A stretch of DNA of 64,000 nt, from positions 25,285,520-25,349,519 of the forward strand of contig OZ316893.1 of assembly GCA_973895155.1 (NCBI GenBank), written 5' to 3'. Shown here piece after piece: positions 12,864 through 23,253 of the stretch (positions are counted from its first letter, which is position 1; each line of letters starts with the position of its first letter). Made by a program: the position numbers and the translations under genes. The notes under the pieces are model-generated. The model was not told the DNA's origin and made no database searches. It saw nothing but the letters and a program-made list of their open reading frames with translations. Source of the DNA: Marsupella aquatica (Eukaryota; Plantae; Marchantiophyta).

Positions 12864-15800
12864 CTACTTGTGATGCAATTGCAAAACCTGCAATACGTCA
12901 CGGTGTCTAGAGAAACTCTCCAAAGGAATCACTTTGGTAAATGCGTCAGCCGGGTTGAGTTTACCATCAATCTTGACTAGCTCAAACAATTTATCAGACA
13001 CAGCCTGCCTGATAAAATGGTACCTGACGTCAATGTGCTTCACTCTGCTGTCCATCACCTGGTTCACAGCAAGGTGGAGCGCACTTTGACTATCACAATG
13101 GAGCTTCACATTCCCCTGTGGCAATCCCATTTCAGTGATAAGTCTATCCAACCAAATCGCTTCCTTTGCTGCTTCCGCAGCTGCAACATACTCCGCTTCT
13201 GTAGTAGACTGAGCAATACACTTCTGCAAAGTAGACCTCCAACTTATGCATCCACCGCCAAGTGTGAACACGTATCCTGTTGTTGATCTCCTTCGGTCCA
13301 AATCTTGTCCATAGTCAGAATCTACATAGCCAATCAATGATCTAGCATTCTTTGCATTCGCATCAAATAAAAGACCATGATCCACGGTACCCTTCAAGTA
13401 CCTGATAATCCACTTCACTGCTTCCCAGTGTACCTTCCCTGGATTCGACATGTACCTGCTCACCTTGCCCATAGCCATGGCAAGATCAGGTCTAGTGCAA
13501 GTCATCAAATACATGAGACTCCCCACTGCCTTGTCATATGGAACCTTTGACATCAACCCCTTCTCTGTGTCATCCGTAGGACAGAACGCTGATGATAACT
13601 TGAAGTGTGGAGCCAACGGGGTACTTACTGGCTTGCTATTCTCCATGTTGAACCTTGCAATTACCTTCCTCGCATAACTGCTCTGCGTCAACCATAGCTT
13701 GCCAGCCTCCAAGTCCCTAGTGATCTTCATACCCAAAATCCTCTTAGCTGGCCCTAAGTCCTTCATCTTAAACTCTGCACTAAGCAGTGCCTTGAGCTTA
13801 ACAATCTCAGACCTATCCTTGGCTGCAATTAGCATGTCATCCACATAAAGTACTAAAACAATGAACCCAAAGACAACATTCTTCACCGGTTTCAAATACA
13901 CACAAGGGTCAAATACACTTCTGTGAAAACCTTGTGACCGAATCCAATCGTCAAACCGCTTGTTCCACTGTCTTGGTGACTGCTTCAACCCATACAAGGA
14001 TTTCAGCAATCTGCAAACCAATTCCTTCTGTCCTCTCTTCACAAAACCTAGCGGTTGTCTCATGAAGATCACCTCTTCCAATGTGCCATAGAGGAAAGCT
14101 GTGACAACATCCATCTGATCTAGGAGCAGACCAAACATTACAACAAGTACACACAATAGTCGTATTGTAGAGTACTTAGCAACTGGTGAGAAGACCTCAT
14201 TGTAATCCACACCTTTCTCTTGTGTGAATCCCTTTGCTACCAATCTAGCCTTGTAGACCTTCGATCCACCTCCTATGGAATTATCCTTCAGCTTGTAAAT
14301 CCACTTGCTGTCCACCACTTGCTGACCCTTAGGCAGCTTAACAAGCTCCCAAGTTTTGTTGTCCTTTAGTGACTGCATCTCCGTTTGCATTGCTGCAGTC
14401 CACTTCTGCTTCTCTTTTGAAGCACTTGCCTCATGAAATGAAGAAGGTTCTCCTTCTTCCAAAATTAACGCATCACCCTCATCATCAGCTGTAAAATCAT
14501 CCTCTTGCAGTTGAGATGAATCAACCCACTGTCCATACCTTGATGGAGCGCGTACAGTGCGACCAGATGTTCTTCTAGCCGATGACTCCGGTTGATCTGC
14601 GTGTGCTGGTACAATTTGAAGCTCAACAGCATCCACTTGTTGCTCACCAGCATCAACAAACTCCTCTGGTTCCTCTGGCACAGGAACCAGCTCCATAATT
14701 GGAGCAACTCCTTCTCTCCGGTCATGCACCTCATAACCAATCTCCCCCTCAACGAGATCCGGGATAGGAGATTTTCCTTTGTCAGTACGGGAGACCTGAG
14801 TATTCTCCCCCTCCTTCAATAATCTGGATTCATTGAAGGAAACATCCCTACTGACAACGAGCTTACAGGCAATAGGATCCCATAGCCTATAGGCTTTCAC
14901 ACCACTCTGGTACCCAAGAAAAATACATTTCCTGGAGGTAGGATCCAACTTGGTCCTATTCTGCTTTGGTGTGAGAGCATATGCATCACTTCCAAAAAAT
15001 TACCAAGCCATGATAGTCTGCTTGCCGCTTATAGCGCATCTCAAACGGCGTTTTGAAATTGATAGCACTAGAAGGAGAAAGATTTACCAAATAAGCTGCG
15101 GTATTGACAGCTTCTGCCCAAAATTCTTGTGGTAAACCTGATTGGCTCAACATACTCCGTGACCGCTCCAACAGTGTCCGATTGAGCCTCTCAGCGACAC
15201 CATTCTGCTACGGAGTATAAACTGTGGTGAGATGGCGAGTTATCCCCTGTTCTGAACAGTACTCTTCAAATTCCATTGAAGTGTACTCCCCGCCGTTGTC
15301 TGACCTCAGACTCTTCACCCTTGTATCCAAACACTTGATCGTGTTTCCAGTCTGATTCTCCACCTGGGCCTTCCACTTCTTAAAAATGGACAAGACATCA
15401 GACTTATGCGTCATGAAATAAATCCACACAAATCTTGAGTAATCATCAATAAATGATACATAGTACAACTTTCCAGAGTGTGAGGGAGTCGGGGATGGAC
15501 CCCACACGTCACTATGTATGTACTCAAGAACCGCTTTGGAACGATGAGTTCCAACACCAAAAGCACGACGATGCTGCTTTCCAAGAATGCAATGCTCACA
15601 AAACTCTAATTTACAAGATTGCAAATCAGAAATGAGTCCATTCTTCCGTAAGATAGCCAAACCCTTCTCACTCATGTGGCCTAGCCGTGAATGCCACAGT
15701 TGAGTCATCTCCTCGTGAGACTTGGTTACATTGGCCTCTCCACATACAGTATTGCCCTGTAACACATACAAATTCTTTTGTCTACTCCCCTTCAAAATCA

Positions 15801-17172
15801 CTGTCTCTCCCGACCTGACTTGAAGTTCACCATCAATAACGCTCCATTGATGACCATTTGAATCCAACACACCGAGTGAAATCAGATTCTTACGCATGCC
15901 AGGTACATACCTGACTCCGGACACTGTGCGCACAGCGCCATCAAACATTTGAATCTTCACAAACCCAATTCCCTCAATTTGACAGGAGTGATCATTTCCC
16001 ATCAGAACTGAACCGTTTGAAATAGAGTAAGAACTGAAAAACTCACGAATGTAACAAATATGAAAAGAGCAAGCACAATCAAGAATCCACACATCATCTG
16101 CTCTCCTAGATGACGTGCACAGGGCATACCCCCGGCTTCATAAAACATACTCATCATTGAGTAAATCAGCTTCTCCATCAGCCCTAGCCACATTTGCCGA
16201 TGAAGTTTCCGCTGCCTTTCCCTTACAGTCTCGCTTGAAGTGTCCAACTTGGTTGCACTTCCAACATGTCACCTGCCTCCTCTGAGGGGATTTACCCTTG
16301 GACTTAGATCTGGATTTAGATCTAAACTGGGTTCTACGGTCCCCAGTTGGTCGCTGCATACTCCTCCCACGGTTAACATTGACGGCAGCACCAGATGATG
16401 AAGGCTGTGACGTGATGTGCATCTTCTGCTGAAGATCATCACTAAGCAGAGAACTTACCACGTCATTGTATGAAATGGTATCCCTATCACGATGCAACAA
16501 CACTCGTGATAGGGACTGGTAAGATGGAGGCAATGAACTAAGAAGCTGCAGAGCCTTCGTCTCATCATTCAAAGTCTCCCCAAGGTTTTCCAAGTCAACG
16601 ACCATGTCGTTGAAAGCATCCACATGGTCTTGCAACTTCGTACCAGATTCCTTCATCCTGAAACTCATCAGTTTGTAGGAAGTGTAGAGCCGGTTCGACA
16701 ACTCCTTGCGGTGATACTTGCTCTGCAATTCCGCAAACAAGGACATGCAATCCTTATGTGCACCTAACTGCTTGATGATGGGAGGCATGAGATAGAGTGT
16801 AACACACCACACTCCCTGCTCCTGCATGCGGTCCCATTGTTTCTCATCAACATCGTCTTCACGAGGGCTCAGCAGTTGGCCCATCCCTGACGCATAAAGC
16901 ACTCCCTTCACCTGCTTCTCCCATAGCAAGTAGTCAGAGCGCCCATCATACTTTGTCACTTCATACTTGGGTCCCCCAAGCTTGAAAGTCCCCATCTTCT
17001 TCTTTACCGTGAGCTCCGGTAGTAGTACTGCTTCCTCCACCACACGCCGCACCGGTGATGGTATCGGTGTCACGTGCTCTTCCTCCTGCTCCTCTCTCTG
17101 CCCCTGAAACCTCCGCGGTGATCCTCGTGCTTCAAGTTCCACGTCTTCAAAAAACTCCTCCGAATCACTCAT
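12864..17172 (-). pseudogene. Copia gag-pol, disrupted
   Basis: Gag with CWKCNQVGHFKRDC knuckle; PR WILDCACSFH; GAG-pre-integrase WHSRLGH; INT HSDVWGP and LRSDNGGEY; RT YVDDML; RH GYVDSD. In-frame TGA at 16138-16140, TAG at 15208-15210 (in TP[Q]QNGVAER) and a +1 frameshift in a homopolymer near 14995. Confidence 0.93.
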
Positions 17173-18312
17173 ATGAGAAAGTCACAAAAAATGTTGTTTT
17201 TCACAACTTCTCAAAAAACTCGAAACTCAACATCGCCGCGTAGCCCACAAAGCTAGGAGTCCAATACTGAAAACCAAAATCAAAATCGAAATTTGACGGA
17301 AAAGTTATTCAAATTTCGGTCGAGGTGGGTAAAACCTTGGGAAACTCCCCCGTTTTGACCACCTCAGGGAATAACCGAAATACCAAGTACAACCCGTTGT
17401 CGGAATTGCGATGTGATTGGTGCGCTGCATTGCCAACTTCAATGGCTACGACCTCGCCGAAAAATAACCAAAAAAGTTATCGTTCGGCGGATGAAATCTT
17501 TGTCGGACGATCAAAAAATAGCTCTCTGGTTTTTTGGAATATTCTATGACCCTTGTACAGGCCCTGTGGGAATTTTGGAAGAACAATCGAGGGGCTGACA
17601 TGTGTCCTCGAACCCCCAAAACCCCCTACCACCCTTCGTCGTCGAAATCTGGTCGCGCGCGCAGAAAATACACACGGCAGAATGTACCCCTCGACACCAA
17701 ACGCAAGATATCTCACTCGGGTTTTGACGAAATCAAGATCCGATTTCAGATTTGGAAACTAGACTCCGAGGCGATGAAGATCGATATAAGAAGCACCCAA
17801 AACGAGGAAAGAACGAGAGAGAAAAAAATTGGTAAAGATGACAGATTTCTCTCAATTGCCATAGCCAATTTCGAATCATTTTTTCAAAGAGAAAAAAATG
17901 GTACCTTGTCAACAACGAATGTTGATCAATTGCACTTGGTGTCGTCACCAAGTCCAACAAGGTAATTGATTTTGCTTAGCCTTCCTCTTTGCATCAAAGA
18001 GCCAATCCCGAACTCAAAAACAATCGTCTTGCCTCAATCTCTCCGTTGAGTCAAAACACTTGATGCTTCTCCCTCCGAGTCGATTGCCAACTTTCTTCAC
18101 AAAATCCAGAACGACGAAAACTTAGATCTCTCTGCACCACGAGCTCCGTTCAACGATTTCTTCACACCGTTAGAAAGCTCTTGCCCTGATCTATCCGTTG
18201 AGCCCATAAACTCCAAGTTCCATGCGATGGAACTCTGGAAAATCCACCAACACTCAACGCTGGAAAAACCGTCATGAAATCCCGTCACGAACACACGTCA
18301 CCTCCCAAGCAT

Positions 18313-18324
18313 GCTCTGATACCA
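18313..18324 (-). promoter_or_regulatory. Copia primer-binding site (initiator tRNA-Met)
   Basis: Minus strand TGGTATCAGAGC, 2 nt inside the 5' LTR boundary. Confidence 0.93.
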
Positions 18325-18326
18325 AT

Positions 18327-18783
18327 TGTTGAGCATAGACGACGATCGCAACGGCAAGCCCATGAACCATCCAACGCACAATAGTCGACACAAGAGATAC
18401 GTGGTTCACCTCCTTGAGGCTACGTCCACGGGAACACACAAGAGAGCTTTACTGAACTCTAAGCCCGTCGGCTATACCGAGTCTCCACAGTGTAAGCTCT
18501 CCCTATCTCTCAAGTGGCTCCATAACAATGAGCCTTGGTTCTACCTCTCCAAGCACACATGCCTCTTATGATATAGTGTGCAACTTAGTTGTACCTAACC
18601 ACATAGTTGTACCTAACCACATAGTTGTACCTAATCACGTAGTTGTACCTAATCACGTAGTTGTACCTAATCACGTAGTTGTACCTAACCACGTAGTTGT
18701 ACCTAACCACGTAGTTGTACCAACCCACGTTGTTGTACCAACCACGTCATACCTAACCTAGACGTAAGAGTAAATACCCAACA
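18327..18783 (-). repeat. Copia 5' LTR (457 bp)
   Basis: Direct repeat of 12198-12672. Confidence 0.95.
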
Positions 18784-19094
18784 GCATGCCCGCTAGGTAT
18801 GGTTAGGGCTAGTGTACTACTTGAGTTAGTGTCATGTTCTTGTAGCGAGTCTGGGTTGTTCTTGAAGCAAAAGGGGTTTGTTAGTGTGACGCCTGGACCC
18901 GGTCCTACTTAGGGCATGTTTTTCTTTGCCGTTCTTCAGTTCTTCTTGAATCGTTGTGAGACAGAGTTTTTCAGAGCTGCTCGTCGGTTCCGTACACGGA
19001 ATTCACACAGTGATTCGTTAGATGCTCCCGGCCGATCTTGGCATCTCGCCGGTTTTCGATTTGATTTCAATACGTTTGTTCTATCACGCCTTTT

Positions 19095-19109
19095 ATTCAA
19101 GAAGAACTG
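19095..19109 (+). promoter_or_regulatory. Putative self-priming PBS of the Gypsy-type element
   Basis: attcaagaagaactg directly at the end of repeat A1 is the exact reverse complement of cagttcttcttgaat (18937-18951) inside A1; no TGG-type tRNA PBS. Confidence 0.7.
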
Positions 19110-20766
19110 CCGCCGGGTTAGCGGTGAAGGGAAGAAGATCAACGTTGTGCTTCTTAGCTGCTATGTCGGTCCAGATTTCCATCAAAGCCGGTGCAATTTC
19201 TTTGAGCAACAATGGAGGCACGGGTTGAAATTATGGGTTCAATATGGTGTTAAGTGTATACTTAACATAAGTATACACATAACGCTCCTATTGGAGCCCG
19301 ATTTTTCCTTTCCGGTTGCATCCAAGGACCCTTTGCTGCTTCCGACTATGGCTGCCGGCTGCTGACTGCCACGACCTTTTTCGGGCCATTTTCGGTGTTT
19401 TCCGGTCGCAGCGCAACCACCTTCCCTTCGCTTTACGTTTTCACGACCCTTTGGGGTCCCGTTCTTTCTTTTTCCCTCATCGGCCGTTGTTTTATTTCGC
19501 CTCCCCTCGCAGCTCCCGTCGCGAGGTGCCTCCCGGTCCTGCCTGTGTATACACATGCGGGGCTCATCATTGCCCCTGGGTCGCGCATAGGGCCGCGCGC
19601 GCCCTCCCTTCGGCATTTTTCTTCCTCCCTCGCCCATTCCTTCATTTGTTTCCTGCCGTTGCCAACATCCTCGGCAGCATTAAAGCAGGGGAGGGAAGTC
19701 CCATTCGAACTCCCTCACTCGGGAGTAGATTTTCACCCCAGGCCAAGGCAGGAGCGCAAGGAGGGGGCCCAAAGCCCTATGCAGCATTAAGAGGGGGGCG
19801 AGTACATTCAGGCATTAAAGCAGGAGAGGAGGGAGAGCGAGTGTGCCAGAAGAGGGCACAAGACCCTATGGAGAATGAAGGAGGAGGAGGAGTTGAAGCG
19901 AAAGCAGGGCACGAGGCCCTAGGCAGCTCTGAAGCATTCAAGGGGAGGGGGAGTTGAAGCGAAAGCAGGGCACGGAGCCCACTGTCAGCATTAAAGGAGG
20001 AGGGAGAGCGCAAGGAGAGGGCATGAGGCCCATTTTTCATTTACAAGAGGGGGAGAGGGGGAGTACATTTGACTCCCTCCTCTAGGGAGTCACAGTACTG
20101 CCAGGCACGAGGCCCTAGGCAGCATTAGAGGAGGGGGAGGGTGCGCAAAGCCCTATGCAGGGTTTGAGCACTTAAAGGCCCGTTTTCTTTTTCCTCGCCT
20201 TGCCTTGGGTCTCGTCTTTCCTTCTGTTTCATTTGTCGCTCGTCCGCTGCGCGACGATTGAAGAGTCTTCGACTCACATGAGGGCATGTACATAGGGCAC
20301 CGCGGCCGGTCCCCACTACGACCATTTTGCTGACGACGCGTGCCCGGTCTTTTTTCCGTCTTGCTTGCTGCCAGTCCCCGGGTCCACATCGGGCCCGATG
20401 TATACACTTAACCGGGCCCCATGTTTATACATTTGAAAAGGCCGATGTATACACTTAAGGGGGGCCCAGGTTAACGTTTTTAAGGGCCCATTTTTCTGGA
20501 TTTCTTTGCTGCCGCCACGTGTCATCTGCATAAAGCTGAGGGCCCGGCATATTCATCAGACGGTCAATCCAGCAAGCACAACACCGGTACAATTGGAGTT
20601 TTTAAGGGTCTTTTCTTTGCCGACGGTTTTTCTGTGTGTTTACACATTCGACACATTTCTGCCTCGCACCGTTGTTTCCTTTATGGGTTTCATTTCCTAG
20701 CCTTGGGTTGCCACTCCCTTTTCTTGTCAGTTTCTTTCCCATTGGCACCCCAGTTGAGCATGCAGC

Positions 20767-22398
20767 ATGTCAGCAGAGGGGCCGAGTCGTAGCAGCTCAT
20801 CGCCACCGACACCCAGGTACCACTTGCGGAGTGATCCACGACCGTTGGTGCCAATTTCATTGGAGTCTCGACAATTTCGCCGGCGTCAGCAGACAGCAGC
20901 AGCACCCACACCACGCAACCCTTCTGCTACATTTGGCTGTCGCTTCACCACTACCCTGAAGCCTGCTATTACATCTTTGCCCTTTACTCCTTCTGCATCC
21001 GTGGTTGTTCATGCTTCACCGACATACAGCATGGACGCCAACCACTCATCTGGCCGCATTGAACGCTTCAGCGGGCGGCCAGGCACTGTTTCTTTGCGTG
21101 AGTTCAAATCCACTTTCTACACTGTCGTTTACGAATTGGAGTTGAAGTATGGCAACAATTTCACAAATGCTTTTGCATTTAAGCAGCTAGCCAGGTATGT
21201 GCACCACGAGGCTTTGGATGTGTATGAGCAGCATTCTCAACGGTTGCTTGATGTCACACAATTGCCTAACCCTACCTATGCCACTGCAATTGCGGCTGCC
21301 TCACAACTGGCATTACAGAATGCCATTGCAGCCCATGCTGCTGCTCCTGCCACTTCCCCTCCTACTCCAGTTCCCACCACTGCACCAGTTACTCCCACTG
21401 TCTTGGCACAGGCTACATCAGGCATTTCTCCCACCATTGATTCCCCTGCCTTTGCTGATCTAGTGGCTGAGTTTTTCCAGGTTCTTGAATTGGAATTCCC
21501 AATCAAGAGTGCTGACAAAATCATGCAGTTGGCCACCTTTGTGAGGCAGCGCGATGAAACATTGAAGATGCTACATCGCCGGCTTCTCAAGCTGAAGGAA
21601 GACACCCAGAGCATCACCGACCTGGAAGCTGCTCATCGTTATCTTCGCGCATTGGAGGGCACACCAGCTCTCCATTCGCAAGTGTTGCAGCAAGTATTCT
21701 CAGAGTTTGGAGACAGCTACACCTTGCTCAATGTCTATGACACTGCTGAGAAACTTGAGTTGGCCCATGCACATTATGAGGCCAGTATTGCGCGTCCACC
21801 GCGATCCAGGTACCAGGCTGCTGCCCCTACACTGGCCACTCCTTCCCGTGTGCCACAGTATGGTTCCAAGACCAAGCCAGCACATGCTGCTTTCATGCTG
21901 CCATCTTGCAACTACTGTGGTCACCCTAATCACAAGGCTAATGAATGTGATATTGTTGCTAAGGATCTGTCTTGTGATTTTTGGAGGAAAGTGGGCCACT
22001 TGGAGGCAGTTTGTTTTGCCAAATTCCCCGAGAGGAAGCAGCTACGACAGCAGGCCACTCATCCTGCTCCTATTTCCACTCCCCCACCAGCTAGGAGGGC
22101 TCCTATTGCATCAGTTGCTCCTCCTTCCAGTGGCAAAGCACCCGGTGCTAACCAATTGCCCAAGCAGCAACAGAAGCAACCAGCTCAGAAGGAGGCTCAC
22201 AACGCACAGGCAACTCATGAGGTTGAGTCATTACGTGCCCAACTTGCCAACATCAAAGGCAAGTCCACTGCCTCTGCTGGTCCTTCTCAACCGGCTGGTC
22301 ATGTGCAACCCATCCCTGGCCCAGGCACCACTGACAGTTCAGCACCTCCACCCCGCTCTTTCTATGGCTTGCCATTTGATGCTCATATGGGTGAGTGA
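20767..22398 (+). CDS. Gag-like protein of the Gypsy-type element
   Basis: 543-aa ORF; IERFSG capsid-like start, RQRDETL motif, tandem knuckles CNYCGHPNHKANEC and CDF(W)RKVGHLEAVC. Confidence 0.8.
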   Translation: MSAEGPSRSSSSPPTPRYHLRSDPRPLVPISLESRQFRRRQQTAAAPTPRNPSATFGCRFTTTLKPAITSLPFTPSASVVVHASPTYSMDANHSSGRIERFSGRPGTVSLREFKSTFYTVVYELELKYGNNFTNAFAFKQLARYVHHEALDVYEQHSQRLLDVTQLPNPTYATAIAAASQLALQNAIAAHAAAPATSPPTPVPTTAPVTPTVLAQATSGISPTIDSPAFADLVAEFFQVLELEFPIKSADKIMQLATFVRQRDETLKMLHRRLLKLKEDTQSITDLEAAHRYLRALEGTPALHSQVLQQVFSEFGDSYTLLNVYDTAEKLELAHAHYEASIARPPRSRYQAAAPTLATPSRVPQYGSKTKPAHAAFMLPSCNYCGHPNHKANECDIVAKDLSCDFWRKVGHLEAVCFAKFPERKQLRQQATHPAPISTPPPARRAPIASVAPPSSGKAPGANQLPKQQQKQPAQKEAHNAQATHEVESLRAQLANIKGKSTASAGPSQPAGHVQPIPGPGTTDSSAPPPRSFYGLPFDAHMGE

Positions 22399-23253
22399 GT
22401 GCTGTCCTCTGCTCCACAGCCTGGCCTTACAGCAGACTTTTCAGATTCATTCTGCCCTTCTTATTTTGCTTACCAGCAGGCCAGTGTTGCCTCCCGTATT
22501 GCTCCCACACGCCGCATTGTACAGGCTGATGGTCTTGCTGCCGGTCCTATGACTAGAGCCAAGGGCGCTCGGGCTATCATGCCCCAATCTTTTCAGCCAC
22601 TCACACTTGCTGAAGAGCGCACCTTGTTGGCGAGGGGGGAGGGAGCTGCAGCTACATCCATTCCACCACCAGGTGCTGCTGACATTTCACAGGGAGTTGT
22701 TTCTCCTGAGCTGCTTGAGCATTTCACCTCCGGTATGGCACAAAGGATTCTTACAACTCCACTTTTCAGTTGCCAGGATTTACAGCTGGATGCTAGAGCT
22801 GTCATCAAAGCGCTAGAGGGCTCACTGCATTCTTCATCAGCCCCTGTGACACCGGTTTTGGAGGTCCAATCTCATGTACATACTGGACCTTCTTCTTCTC
22901 CACTGCATGCTTCCACTGGTTTGGCTATCCCAGTACCGATTTCCAGTGGTAGAGATGACAGTATTGTTGCAAATTGTGTGACCAGAGCTACACTTGATTC
23001 TGGTCATGCTGCTCCATCTTTCCTAGCTATGCTGTTGAGTGGGAAGACCATGGACACTAACTCCCTTCACAAGGTACCTCATCATTTGCCAAAAGTGGTG
23101 CCTAGTGACAGGACTTTAGTTTCCACCACCATTGCCATTGTTGACAACAGGAATTCAGCAGTCAAGTTGGAGGGTCACACTCCTCAAGTGGTCATGCTAG
23201 ACACAGGCGCTCAACTAGTGATCTTGGGCACGCCAAGAAGATGGGACTGCTGA
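22399..23253 (+). pseudogene. Pol N-terminal region including the aspartic protease active site; frameshifted relative to the rest of pol
   Basis: In frame with gag after a single TGA; VMLDTGA at ~23191-23211; shifts into the AKKMGL frame near 23230. Confidence 0.75.

Larger units (their letters stand above)
12198..18783 (-). mobile_element. Full-length Ty1/Copia LTR retrotransposon (Tnt1/Tork-like), nested insertion
   Basis: TG...CA LTRs at 12198-12672 and 18327-18783; 5-bp TSD GCATG (12193-12197 and 18784-18788); PBS and PPT present; gag-PR-INT-RT-RH order. Confidence 0.97.
12146..19096 (+). repeat. Terminal repeat A1 (360 bp: 12146-12197 plus 18789-19096), split by the Copia insertion
   Basis: After removing the Copia element and one GCATG copy, it matches 28376-28736 with about 6 substitutions and a 1-bp indel. 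Confidence 0.92.
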
